In this document: piece by piece, positions 20,124 through 29,936 of the stretch
How the letters are laid out: each line of letters opens with the position of its first letter
Numbering within the stretch: position 1 is the first letter of the stretch
Assembly (NCBI GenBank): GCA_026387265.1
Contig: JAPLLZ010000054.1
Coordinates: 1-51,669, forward strand
DNA from: Candidatus Omnitrophota bacterium
GTDB lineage: Bacteria; Omnitrophota; Gorgyraeia; Gygaellales; Profunditerraquicolaceae
Length of the DNA: 51,669 nucleotides
Direction of reading: 5' to 3'
Program-made: the position numbers and the translations under genes
The notes under the pieces: model-generated
Databases searched by the model: none
Told to the model about the DNA's origin: nothing
The model's input: the letters and a program-made list of their open reading frames with translations, nothing else

Positions 20124-21539
20124 CTAATTTAATGGAACAGTAAAACTAAATTTTGCACCCTGCCCATTATCGCTCTCCACCCAAATCTTCCCACCGTGCA
20201 ACTGAACAATTTCTTTAGCAATTGATAAACCTATTCCTGTACCGCTAACATCGGTAGCCACTCTTTCCCCTGTCTGATAAAATTTATCAAAAACTTTTAC
20301 TAACTCATCTTTGGAAATTCCGATTCCAGTATCCTGGACACTAACCATGACCTCCCGGTCACCGGAAGGCTTTGCTTCCACTGTAATCGTACCATTCTGT
20401 GGGGTAAATTTAATGGCATTTCCAATCAGATTATTTAATACCTGAATTATTTTATCCGGGTCTACCTTAACTTGAGGTAAATTGACTTGAGCTTTATTCA
20501 CCAATGCAACTGTTTTAGCATTCGCCCAAGCAGTTAATCCATCAATTGATTCTTGGATGACTTTATCAATAGCGCAAGCGGTTAAAGTAACATTCATCTT
20601 GCCTGCTTCAAGTTTTGAAAGATCTAATAAATCATTAATCAGGAGGCTAAGCCTTTTGCAATTCCTGGAAGCAATGGAAAGGAACTGATGCTGATTATCC
20701 GTAAGCGCTCCCCCGGCATTACTAAGCAAAAAAGTTATTGCTTTATCAACAGAAACCAAAGGTGTTCGTAATTCATGAGTTACGTTAGCTACGAAACTCG
20801 CCTTTAACCGGTCTATTTCTTTCTGTTTAGTAATATCGCTTAAAACAGAAACCATTCCTACGGTCTGGCCATTTTCATTCTCGATAACTGCGCTACTGGC
20901 CCGGATCGTCTTACTTGTTTCATTATTCTGACTGAATAATTCAATCTCTTTACCGTTGTTACTCTTAGAATCTTTAACCAAAGACACTAGTTGTTCATCT
21001 TTAAGACTGTCATCTATGGCCTTGCCGATTTTATCTTTTTTACTGATCCCCAGAAGCCTTTCCGCAGCCGGGTTCATCATTACCACTTTGCCCTGGGCAT
21101 CAACTACCAGTAGGCCTTCGGCAACACTGCGGATAACCGCGTCTGTCTGCTTTTTCTCAGAAATAACCCGGTTGTACTTATCCCAGACTATTTCTTCATT
21201 TTTGGTACTCTTCTCAATAATACTTTCATATTTCTTGCTAACTTCTTTAGTATTTTGCTCTATTCTTTTATTAAGCTCCTGGCCGAATATGTTAGAAACA
21301 ATTTTAGCAACTTCCTGGGAGTCCTGCTGAGAACCCAATACCGGGCCGATCTCTCTTAAAACAGCATGTTTTATAGTTTCATTGTCGATGAATACAACAG
21401 GTGCAGCCCCACCCCTTCTTCGCGCATCTTCTTCCCGTATTCTTGCTGCCTCTGATAGTTTTGCCCAATGGATCAATAACAGCGCAATCAATATGCTAGC
21501 AATAAATGTTGCAATATATATTATGGTTAAGAGTGGCAT
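20124..21539 (-). CDS. PAS-domain sensor histidine kinase
   Basis: N-terminal TM, PAS (MNPAAERLLG), H-box THELRTPL, N-box QVLNNLIGNAIKFT and G-boxes DTGIGI / GTGIGL. Confidence 0.95.
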   Translation of the reverse strand: MPLLTIIYIATFIASILIALLLIHWAKLSEAARIREEDARRRGGAAPVVFIDNETIKHAVLREIGPVLGSQQDSQEVAKIVSNIFGQELNKRIEQNTKEVSKKYESIIEKSTKNEEIVWDKYNRVISEKKQTDAVIRSVAEGLLVVDAQGKVVMMNPAAERLLGISKKDKIGKAIDDSLKDEQLVSLVKDSKSNNGKEIELFSQNNETSKTIRASSAVIENENGQTVGMVSVLSDITKQKEIDRLKASFVANVTHELRTPLVSVDKAITFLLSNAGGALTDNQHQFLSIASRNCKRLSLLINDLLDLSKLEAGKMNVTLTACAIDKVIQESIDGLTAWANAKTVALVNKAQVNLPQVKVDPDKIIQVLNNLIGNAIKFTPQNGTITVEAKPSGDREVMVSVQDTGIGISKDELVKVFDKFYQTGERVATDVSGTGIGLSIAKEIVQLHGGKIWVESDNGQGAKFSFTVPLN

Positions 21540-21725
21540 AAAATACTTTTAATTAACGGTCTCCTTACCTATACCTTAACGGTTTTTCTTATTTTACCAA
21601 TAACCCTGCATTTGTCTATTGATTTTACCAATAATTTAGCTTCCCCATTTTAAGGTAACAATCCCCCTTTAACCTACAATTGGCGATTTTAAGCTATCGT
21701 TAAAATACTTAAGCAACAATAAAGA

Positions 21726-22121
21726 TTATTTCGCTAATTTCTTTTTTCCTTCAAGCTTGTGCAACTCAATTTCACAATGCAGTTGTTTACTGATAATTCT
21801 CTCTGTTTCAGCTCTAGTGTTAGCAAGTAAAAGCAGCTCTTCCTGAAATTTAATCCGCTGGGCAGTTTCTTTTTTAAGTTCTAACAGTCTGCGCCAGGAG
21901 AAAACAGCCAAACCAATACTTAAAACAACCAGCAAGGTAATAATCTCATCAATATAAGTTATTGCTTTAGGGTTTTTTTGGAATAATTCTACCAAGAAAA
22001 TAAAAACATTAAAAAAATAAGAAAAAACCAGGAAAATAATCGTAACAATCGCCAACACGAGAATATCTTTCAATATAGTTGCCCGGCCTTTCTCAGTAAC
22101 TAACTTTTTAACGGTATCCAC
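21726..22121 (-). CDS. Hypothetical membrane protein (2 TM plus S-helix-like tail)
   Basis: ORF 131 aa; two hydrophobic segments followed by ELKKETAQRIKFQEEL. Confidence 0.6.
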   Translation of the reverse strand: MDTVKKLVTEKGRATILKDILVLAIVTIIFLVFSYFFNVFIFLVELFQKNPKAITYIDEIITLLVVLSIGLAVFSWRRLLELKKETAQRIKFQEELLLLANTRAETERIISKQLHCEIELHKLEGKKKLAK

Positions 22122-22159
22122 CTAACCACCCCTAAGTATCTTCTTAAATAATCTGGTGT

Positions 22160-22483
22160 TTATTTTATTCTTTTTCTTAAATGATTAACTCCTTTTACGG
22201 CAATAAAAATACAAAAAGCCACAATTAAAAAATCAATTGTCGTATTTATAAACTGCCCGTAATTCAAAGTGACTGCCGGAGCATCTGCCGTTGAAGCTTT
22301 AATTATTATTTTTAAATTTTTGAAATCTACTCCCCCTAAAAGTACCCCAATCGGCGGCATCATCACATCATTTACCAACGAAGTAATTACTTTGCTAAAT
22401 GCCGCACCAAAAACAATGCCTACGGCCATGTCGACAGCATCGCCCTTTACTACAAATTCTTCAAATTCCTTGATTATCGACAT
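22160..22483 (-). CDS. mscL: Large-conductance mechanosensitive channel (short C-terminus)
   Basis: IKEFEEFVVKGDAVDMAVGIVFGAAFSKVITSLVNDVMMP and LNYGQFINTTIDFLIVAF. Confidence 0.95.
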   Translation of the reverse strand: MSIIKEFEEFVVKGDAVDMAVGIVFGAAFSKVITSLVNDVMMPPIGVLLGGVDFKNLKIIIKASTADAPAVTLNYGQFINTTIDFLIVAFCIFIAVKGVNHLRKRIK

Positions 22484-22583
22484 ATATCATCCTTTCTTTA
22501 ACCAAGCTATCCGATGATTTAAAAATAAACCCGCTCCATGTTTACTTCTCTGTTATTCAATATTGCAAATAAGGTAAACTACC

Positions 22584-22892
22584 TTAATAACCAACCCCTT
22601 TAACGATAATCGCATTAGTAAAAGTTGATTTTTCTCTTAAGACGGCAAGCGTTTTATATTCCGAAGAACTAAGCCACTTCTTTATATATCTGGCGGCAGG
22701 AAATTCAATTATTACTATTCTTCCAGGCTTCCAGTTGCCAAAAACCGGAATAACCTGGCTGCCTCTGGCCAAATACTTTCCTTTGTATTTTTCTACAATC
22801 GCAGGGACCTGCCGAACATATTGCCCATAAGCACATTTACTTTTTTTATTACGCTTAACTTTAATTTCAACTATAAAATATACCGGCATCAC
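22584..22892 (-). CDS. DUF1330-family protein
   Basis: Y..YV.QV...VEKYKGKYLARG ... W.PGRIVIIEFP...WL.S.EY..L...RE pattern. Confidence 0.85.
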   Translation of the reverse strand: MMPVYFIVEIKVKRNKKSKCAYGQYVRQVPAIVEKYKGKYLARGSQVIPVFGNWKPGRIVIIEFPAARYIKKWLSSSEYKTLAVLREKSTFTNAIIVKGVGY

Positions 22893-22908
22893 AACTCTTT
22901 TCTGGATT

Positions 22909-23292
22909 CTATTTATCGCCTTTTAGCCAATTAAGGGCATCACAACAATTCTCAAAGACCTGCTCTTTATTTTCTGTCTTAATTTTTTCACCCTGACTCC
23001 AAAGTTTATGCCATTCTCCAGATAAACCAGCTTTAACCACGATTGCGGACTTGCCGCCTCCGATTCTTTCTTCATTAGCCATATGAAATGCTCTTATCTT
23101 CTGTAAATCATCTACGAACACATTGCTAAATTCCAAAGCAGTATGGTCAAAAATTACATTAGCACCCGGCAGGAAACGGGAATGGCACAAAAGGTCTTCT
23201 GCCATAGCAATGAAATCCCGGGAATTCATCTGCCCCTCTGTGATCACCATCAATAAATCTGTTAAATCTGTATAAGTTATTTTATAATGCAT
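22909..23292 (-). CDS. Hypothetical protein (STAS/SpoIIAA-like)
   Basis: ORF 127 aa with VIFDHT..., KSAIVV and VFE...ALNWL pattern. Confidence 0.55.
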   Translation of the reverse strand: MHYKITYTDLTDLLMVITEGQMNSRDFIAMAEDLLCHSRFLPGANVIFDHTALEFSNVFVDDLQKIRAFHMANEERIGGGKSAIVVKAGLSGEWHKLWSQGEKIKTENKEQVFENCCDALNWLKGDK

Positions 23293-23343
23293 AGTTTATT
23301 TTACTGCAAATAAAAATCTCCCGCAAGTAGTTTATCTTGCCAG

Positions 23344-24078
23344 TTATTTTAAACTTTTCCGGATAACCCTCTTTTTTTGTAAATACGCCTGACGTTTATA
23401 CTGCGGAAACCGCTCAATCGCATACCTCAACATAGTTCTAGGCATAATATGAGAGTATTTTTTTAAAAATCGTTCTTCAGCAACGCTATCTCTTTTACCT
23501 ACTTCGCGCAACATCCAACCGACTGCTTTATGGATTAAATCGTGTGGATCGCCGATTAATATTGCTGCTATTCTTAACGTATCCCTAAAATCATTATTTT
23601 CGATGAAATAAAATGTAGAAACAATGGCCACCCTTCTTTCCCAAAGCAAATCAGAACTTGCTAATTTATAAATGACGCTTCTGTCTTTATCCGCCAGAAA
23701 ATCACCGACGATATGTTTTGCTGAGACATCCACTAGATCCCAATTATTAATGTACCGGCTATACCGTAAATATGCCTTATATATTCTTTCTTTACCCAAT
23801 GAATCCGCTTTGCGGTATTTTAGAATAAAGATAAGCAAGGATAATAATCTTTCTTCATGGATTGGTGATTTCAGCAATCTTAAAACTTCATTAAAGCTCA
23901 AATCCTGGTAGCGCCAAGCTAAACTCCTCAACACCGGAGCTCTTGCTCCTAGAAAAATGTCCCCCTGGGCGTATTCTCCGCAGCCGGTTTTAAAAAACCT
24001 TTGCAAGATTTTGGCTTGCTGCCTATTACTACTTTTGCGCAATTCATATTTTAACTTTAATAAACTCATTTTCATCAC
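23344..24078 (-). CDS. DNA alkylation repair protein (AlkD-like HEAT repeat)
   Basis: FFKTG.GEYA.GDIFLG, INNWDLVD, LWERRVAIV, HDLIHKAVGWMLREVGK and MPRTMLRYAIE. Confidence 0.9.
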   Translation of the reverse strand: MMKMSLLKLKYELRKSSNRQQAKILQRFFKTGCGEYAQGDIFLGARAPVLRSLAWRYQDLSFNEVLRLLKSPIHEERLLSLLIFILKYRKADSLGKERIYKAYLRYSRYINNWDLVDVSAKHIVGDFLADKDRSVIYKLASSDLLWERRVAIVSTFYFIENNDFRDTLRIAAILIGDPHDLIHKAVGWMLREVGKRDSVAEERFLKKYSHIMPRTMLRYAIERFPQYKRQAYLQKKRVIRKSLK

Positions 24079-24093
24079 TATTGTAAAATTTAT

Positions 24094-25023
24094 TTATAAC
24101 AATTCTTCTGAATAAACATAAGTTTGCAATGCAATTCTGGCGATAAACTTTTTGGAAGCAGTAGCACTCTTATTTTTATGTTGAGTCAATACGCAAATTA
24201 TGAAATCGCCTTTACGGCTAAACATTATCCCCACATCATGGCAAACATTACGCTCTAAACCCGTCTTATGTGCAACCGTAATATTTACCGGTAGATATTT
24301 TGGAAGCCGGTCGTTTACGCGCTGCAATTTTAAAATTTTCAGGCATTTATCAGAAATCATCCTATTTACTAAATTTCTGTGATAAATCTGCTCTAATAAC
24401 CAAGCCATATCTTGCGCCGTAGTATAATTTTCCACTCCCTGGTCTCTTAAACGAAAGTCGGCGATTCTTCTTGAAAAATTGGTATTTTTTAATCCCAAAT
24501 AATTAAAAACGCTGTTTAAATAATCAACCCCGAGCATACTGGTAAGTATATTCGCTGCGGTATTATCGCTATCATAAATCATCAGGCCAATTAACTCTTC
24601 TATAGTAAAAACTGTTCCGGGCCGCACATCCTTTAACATTCCTGAGCCGGAGAATTTATCGCTATTTCTTAAAATAATCTCCTGGTCGAGATTAATCTTG
24701 CCTTCTTCAGCAGCTATAAAACAAGCCAACATAATCGGCATTTTTACCAGGCTTGCCGATGGAAATAATCTGTCTTTATTATAAGAGGTCTCCCAGCCAG
24801 TCTGTAAATCTTTAATTACAAAACCTGCTTCACCTTTAAATAGTTTTATCTCATTAGACAATTTCTGCTTGAGCCTCTCCCAAGCTGCTTTTTTTGATTC
24901 AAAAATAATCTGCTGGCGCTTAGCCTGAGCATAAGCATGATATCGAAAAACAAAATACACTCCACAAGCAAGCAATATCCCAATAAAGATAATGCCGATT
25001 TTTTTCTTATCTGTTAATGTCAT
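24094..25023 (-). CDS. Membrane-anchored serine hydrolase of class A beta-lactamase fold (probable DD-peptidase)
   Basis: SxxK (SASLVK), SDN and HKTG motifs; N-terminal TM; the omega-loop Glu166 equivalent appears absent (FSRRIADF). Confidence 0.85.
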   Translation of the reverse strand: MTLTDKKKIGIIFIGILLACGVYFVFRYHAYAQAKRQQIIFESKKAAWERLKQKLSNEIKLFKGEAGFVIKDLQTGWETSYNKDRLFPSASLVKMPIMLACFIAAEEGKINLDQEIILRNSDKFSGSGMLKDVRPGTVFTIEELIGLMIYDSDNTAANILTSMLGVDYLNSVFNYLGLKNTNFSRRIADFRLRDQGVENYTTAQDMAWLLEQIYHRNLVNRMISDKCLKILKLQRVNDRLPKYLPVNITVAHKTGLERNVCHDVGIMFSRKGDFIICVLTQHKNKSATASKKFIARIALQTYVYSEELL

Positions 25024-25337
25024 TTATTTTTTGTTTCCTGACGATCTTCCTTGCGCTGTTGGCGTAATTCTTTCAGCTCTTCTTTATCCGCTTTCATCTT
25101 TTTACGGATTGAAATTAGCTGCTTATTTAAAGGTTTAGCCTGATTTTCAATTTTTTTAAGCTCTGACTCTAGCTGTTCGGCTTCTTTACGCAAAGATTCA
25201 AGCTCTTGTTGAATCTTTGCCGCTTCATCCTGGCTTTGAGGGGTATTTGAAACTGGCCCCTGTTGAGCCTCAAGCCTTAAAGTACAAACAGACATCATAA
25301 CTACGGCTATCCCTGCTATTGCTAACTTTTTTATCAT
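25020..25337 (-). CDS. Exported coiled-coil hypothetical protein
   Basis: Start re-assigned to ATG 25337 (AAGGAGGGG SD); signal peptide followed by heptad repeats. Confidence 0.65.
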   Translation of the reverse strand: MIKKLAIAGIAVVMMSVCTLRLEAQQGPVSNTPQSQDEAAKIQQELESLRKEAEQLESELKKIENQAKPLNKQLISIRKKMKADKEELKELRQQRKEDRQETKNK

Positions 25338-25449
25338 ATACCTGCCCCCTTCCTTAAATTCATACAAATAATAACCCGCTAAAATCAACTGTTTCAGCGG
25401 GCATAAAACTAAATACTGGTATATGTATAATTACTACCGTTTAAGTAAA

Positions 25450-25929
25450 TTAAGGATGCTCTACAATTGACTTGGTCATAACACCAATAACTACCTTCAT
25501 GAAGATTACGGCTACTAAAAGCCCGATTGAAATCCAAAGAAAAACACTATCTTTTATCTGCGGTTTTAAATCATTTACTTTGGTTTTAGTAATATTATCG
25601 CCTAATCTTTTTGCTTCAGTTTTATCACTTAACATTATGAAATATTCAATAAGCGGCAAAACCGGTATGACCATAAAAATATTTCTAATAATCGTTTTGG
25701 ATGGCTTTGCCGCAAGGCCGCCTTGATCAATAACCTGAATTCCGGACAAATATTTACCCATACTTTGCCCGTTAAAACAATCCTTAAAAAGAATCACCAC
25801 AATCCAAATAGCCCAAGTAATATTTCTTCCCAGAAATAGAGAAATTGCTATAGCAAAAAACTGGGCAACAATAGAATCAATAAAGAACGCACATACTCTT
25901 TTATTAGGGCCCGGTTTATAAAAATCCAT
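25450..25929 (-). CDS. RDD-family membrane protein
   Basis: KRVCAFFID, GQSMGKYLSGIQVI, IIRNI and RLGD..TKTKV. Confidence 0.88.
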   Translation of the reverse strand: MDFYKPGPNKRVCAFFIDSIVAQFFAIAISLFLGRNITWAIWIVVILFKDCFNGQSMGKYLSGIQVIDQGGLAAKPSKTIIRNIFMVIPVLPLIEYFIMLSDKTEAKRLGDNITKTKVNDLKPQIKDSVFLWISIGLLVAVIFMKVVIGVMTKSIVEHP

Positions 25930-25988
25930 CTAGAGCCTCCATTTCGGTTAAACGCTTAAGCGGTTAATTTGAATTTACCGATATAAAG

Positions 25989-26366
25989 CTACGCTTTACT
26001 TGTTTTCTCGATACAATCAATCAAAGATCTTAAGCTTACGGGTTTGGCAAGAAAAGAATGCCCACCGATCGTACCCATACCTTCTTTAATCTCTGATTGT
26101 TTTGCAACTCCGGTTAAAAATACCACCGGGATATCTTTAGTCTTGCTATCATTTTCTAACTGACAGCAGATATCACCGCCATCAACATCCGGCATCATAA
26201 TATCCAGAAAAATTATATTCGGATTAAACTCTTTGGCAGCAATCAATCCGTGCAACCCGTTATTTTCTGCCCGCACTGTGTATTTTCCTGTTCCTTCAAG
26301 GTTAAGCTTTATTAATCTTGTAAGGTCCGCCTCATCGTCAATAATCAATATCTTTTTCTTATCCAT
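25989..26366 (-). CDS. Single-domain response regulator
   Basis: Start re-assigned to ATG 26366 (GGAGG SD); ILIIDDE, IIFLDIMMP and FLAKP. Confidence 0.9.
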   Translation of the reverse strand: MDKKKILIIDDEADLTRLIKLNLEGTGKYTVRAENNGLHGLIAAKEFNPNIIFLDIMMPDVDGGDICCQLENDSKTKDIPVVFLTGVAKQSEIKEGMGTIGGHSFLAKPVSLRSLIDCIEKTSKA

Positions 26367-26713
26367 TAAGGTACCCTCCTCCCCCGTTACCCCTGAACCT
26401 CGCCTATGATGGCTTTTATAACCGCTGATTTCGAAAGATCTATAATACAATCCGCAAACGTTATTTTTACTCCAAAAACACCTGCTTTCTGCCTATCTCT
26501 TTATACTTAATTATAACTTTAAAGACGTATAATACAATATAAATATGAAATAAGAAAACACCTGCTTAATTAAAATAAATACTTACTCTTTAGAATATCC
26601 TTTTGCAATTTCTATATAAATGAAAAAATATATTACACTAAAAACAACCCAGCTGCGCTATTTAACAAGCAGCGATTATTCCGGATAAACTTTTACCTTT
26701 TAAAAACCGGAAT

Positions 26714-28024
26714 TTATTTAGCTTTCGTAAATTCTAAAACACTTTTCTTCTTGTTTGAAAAACCCTTACAAACTTTTTGAGATACCTTCAAGGCCTCATT
26801 GTTGCTTTTAGTTTTCTTATAGTAAGAACCTAAGAGAGCATAAGCGGCTATTTCTTTCGGGTTTAATTTTATTGCCTTATCGGCAGCCGCAATTGCTTTT
26901 TTATACCTTCCAAGATTTGCAAAGGCTATGCTTAATTTTAGATAAATAGAAACCTTATCTTGCGCGAACCTTAAACCGGACTTATATATCTTTATAGCTT
27001 TTTTGTTTTCCCTAATTTTCTCGGAATTTTTCAAAAAAGTTGAGTTAATTACAACTGCGTTTTCTTTAAGCTTATCGCAATAATTACATTTATTGCATTC
27101 GCTGTTACATTTAGTTATTCTTTCAAAAAAATTATTTTTCTTAAGCACATCGTAATTAATAAAATCAAAATAAATCAGTCCCGGGCAATCTAAAATTTCT
27201 AATAAATCACCATTAAAATCCTGATGAATATAGGCCTTCAGGCAAGTTTCAATCTTAGAGGTAGGAAAGAATCTGGTAGATAACTTATAATAATCCGCAA
27301 TCTGAGCATAATACGGCAAGGCTTCCGGCGGTATAAAAGGAACACTAAAAACTTTTGCGGGATATTTCAAATATATTTTGATACAGAATCTATCGTAAAA
27401 AATATCATCGATTAATTTATTCGGGCTTTGAGTATTATGTGACAAAAAATTATAATGCATATTTCTGAATGGGCAATTTCTCAGGCACCCCTCATTAAGC
27501 ATTATTTTTATTTTCAAACCGGTTTTATCCTTAATTTTCTTAATTAAAGAGGTGTCGCGATTTATATCCCTATCGACCGTTAAAACATCCACACCAAGAT
27601 CCTTAAGATATAAAGCATGTTCCACTGTTTTTACGTAACAATTTACAGATGACTCTACTTCCATTCCTTTAATTTGTTCTTTAATCGCACAAATATAAAC
27701 AGGATTTGAAACTACCACGCTTTTTAGCCCTATTTTTTTTAATTTTTGAATATAACTAATAATCTTTGAAAAGAAATCACTTTCTAGCCCATCTTTTCCT
27801 TCACATGTCGCATTTAAGAGTAGCTGGGATTTTATATTCAATAAGTTGCATTTTTTAATTATTTTGGGGATTTCATTCAAGTAGCTACTTTTCTGAGAAC
27901 TATGCCTTCCTGAACCTACGTATTGGCGGGGTATTGGAAAATAAAAAGCTTCAATATTATCTTTATAGGCATCTAAAAGATCCAGCAAGTTTATATCTTG
28001 ATTATATCCAATAGAAAATTTCAT
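26714..28024 (-). CDS. U32-family (peptidase-like, Fe-S) protein with C-terminal Cys cluster and TPR repeats
   Basis: LLLNATC, SSVNC, VDRDINRD, NEGCLRNCP, CNSECNKCNYC, then a TPR (IYLKLSIAFANLGRYKKAIAAADKAIKLNP). Confidence 0.8.
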   Translation of the reverse strand: MKFSIGYNQDINLLDLLDAYKDNIEAFYFPIPRQYVGSGRHSSQKSSYLNEIPKIIKKCNLLNIKSQLLLNATCEGKDGLESDFFSKIISYIQKLKKIGLKSVVVSNPVYICAIKEQIKGMEVESSVNCYVKTVEHALYLKDLGVDVLTVDRDINRDTSLIKKIKDKTGLKIKIMLNEGCLRNCPFRNMHYNFLSHNTQSPNKLIDDIFYDRFCIKIYLKYPAKVFSVPFIPPEALPYYAQIADYYKLSTRFFPTSKIETCLKAYIHQDFNGDLLEILDCPGLIYFDFINYDVLKKNNFFERITKCNSECNKCNYCDKLKENAVVINSTFLKNSEKIRENKKAIKIYKSGLRFAQDKVSIYLKLSIAFANLGRYKKAIAAADKAIKLNPKEIAAYALLGSYYKKTKSNNEALKVSQKVCKGFSNKKKSVLEFTKAK

Positions 28025-28027
28025 TTT

Positions 28028-29191
28028 TTATTTTCTGGCTGCTGCCTTATAATTAAACCGCTTTGAAACAAGCCATTCAAAACCCAGTGCGCCAGGTTTA
28101 GTTACTATTATGGCTTCTGTCTTGCCGAGTTGTATATTTTTATAGGTATCTCTGTCAACCGTAAAATGTTCTGTATTATGGCCAGGCCTCCAGGAACCAA
28201 CATCAACATGATAGGTTGTGGTATTTTTAGAAACAGTCGAAAATTGTCTTACAACTGCCACAGTATGGCAGACCGGTTCATTTTTGTCACCTACGCCATT
28301 CACTAATAGAAGCGTGTTATTTGTAAAAATAATCGAGGCAAGCAAAGAGATAACCGCTATCCAAATAAAATCTTTATGCGCGGCTGCCCGCCCCCGAATC
28401 CCTAAACCTGCCGCAATAAGATATAAAACAGCCGCAGGAACCGAAAATAACAGGCCCAATCTAAAAACCTTAGATTCATCCAGCGGCGGATAAGCAAACG
28501 TCCAGGAATAAGCCACCAAAGCGGCCACCAATACCAGAGAGGAAAATAAATAAAACATTACCGTTTTAATTCTTAAACGCGGTATACCCAAAAATTCCTG
28601 ATTGGCAAAATAATCCGGGAGGTTTTCCGATAGCTTAACAAGACTGGCAATTGTTTCCGTAATCAAAGAGTCACTAAGGTGGGTTTTATTAAACCCCACC
28701 CACGAAACCACTATACTTCTTCCGTTATGCTTAACCTGACTGAATCCGGTGCTGTAAAGATGCTTTATAATATTTCTCTTTTGCTCCGATTGAAAATAGA
28801 CACGCGCAAAATCCACAGTATCGGATAAAATATAATAACTGTTATCAAAATCGACATCACCAGTTTGCAATTCAGATGAAAACCCTATTTTCTTGGCAAG
28901 CTTGTCAAATTTACCTTCAGGCACCACCATAAATTCCCCGTGAGATAAACAGGGCACACTGACTGTAAGAATGGGCGGTGAATTCTTGGTGCTCGGAGTA
29001 TACTGAAACCAATATTTAATACCATTTTTGTTTATTACATATCTACCCAGGGAATTACATTTAGCACCTAAACTCAAAGCTGTTTCTTTCGCAATATTTT
29101 TATTATTTCCTTGGCGGGAAAACTTACAGCTTTTTACAATAGCAAATACCAATAGGAAAATTACCCAAGCAATAGCTATAAATGTCCCCAT
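28028..29191 (-). CDS. Hypothetical multi-pass membrane protein
   Basis: ORF 387 aa: N-terminal TM, soluble domain, three TMs and a C-terminal beta-domain. Confidence 0.65.
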   Translation of the reverse strand: MGTFIAIAWVIFLLVFAIVKSCKFSRQGNNKNIAKETALSLGAKCNSLGRYVINKNGIKYWFQYTPSTKNSPPILTVSVPCLSHGEFMVVPEGKFDKLAKKIGFSSELQTGDVDFDNSYYILSDTVDFARVYFQSEQKRNIIKHLYSTGFSQVKHNGRSIVVSWVGFNKTHLSDSLITETIASLVKLSENLPDYFANQEFLGIPRLRIKTVMFYLFSSLVLVAALVAYSWTFAYPPLDESKVFRLGLLFSVPAAVLYLIAAGLGIRGRAAAHKDFIWIAVISLLASIIFTNNTLLLVNGVGDKNEPVCHTVAVVRQFSTVSKNTTTYHVDVGSWRPGHNTEHFTVDRDTYKNIQLGKTEAIIVTKPGALGFEWLVSKRFNYKAAARK

Positions 29192-29355
29192 ATAATCTCC
29201 CCCGATTTTATCTTAAGGAATAAACTCTATTATACTAAATATACCACAGATATAATTATAGCTCTATGGATGTGTTAAACAAGAAATATAAGTTAGATCA
29301 GCTTGGAGTTTTGCAGGTTGTTAAAGAAGAAAAGAAAACTGTATTTATTTTTTAT

Positions 29356-29724
29356 CTAAATCGGGCGAAGCTTTTTTGCAGGAGGCGCTCCCCAACTAAC
29401 GCTTTTCCCATCAGGCATTAAATTGATGGGGGGAATTTTACCCGATTCTTTTATTTTAAATCTTGCACAATTGACATTATTATTAGATAAACAGTATTTA
29501 CTTGTGATTTCACTAAATCTGGCAAAATCATTAATCGAAAGATCTTTATATATCGGGCAAATATTTACCATTTTACAAACATATCCTATTTTCTTAATTG
29601 TTTTATAAAATGGGCAATTTTCATACTGCTCAGTACAGCAAAAGAGTGTTGTGTTGGTCTCTTGAATTAAATTGATGAAAGATACGCATTCTCTTACATA
29701 ATCAACATGCATCGGACAATTCAT
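29356..29724 (-). CDS. Small Cys-rich putative metal-binding protein
   Basis: 10 Cys in two related halves (CP...C...CC....CPFY and C...CPIY...YC....CARF...P..L.PDG). Confidence 0.65.
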   Translation of the reverse strand: MNCPMHVDYVRECVSFINLIQETNTTLFCCTEQYENCPFYKTIKKIGYVCKMVNICPIYKDLSINDFARFSEITSKYCLSNNNVNCARFKIKESGKIPPINLMPDGKSVSWGAPPAKKLRPI

Positions 29725-29936
29725 TCTACCCCGCTCTTTCTTGTGCCTTAAAGCATTATTGGAAGGCTTCAGATAAAAGCACCGTATATAATTATAAAAC
29801 GATATAAATGTTAATCAAGGGATATTTAACTACGTTATAAACATTGTGATAGATAATGCCTCCCCTCTCTAGATTTATCTTTCTCTTTAGCCGTTAAAAT
29901 AGTATAATTTGAATCGAGGATTCAAAGGGGGACTAT

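Noticed and set aside
24094-25023. Bona fide beta-lactamase resistance gene
   Set aside because: The Glu166 equivalent appears missing and the protein is membrane-anchored; only the fold is supported.
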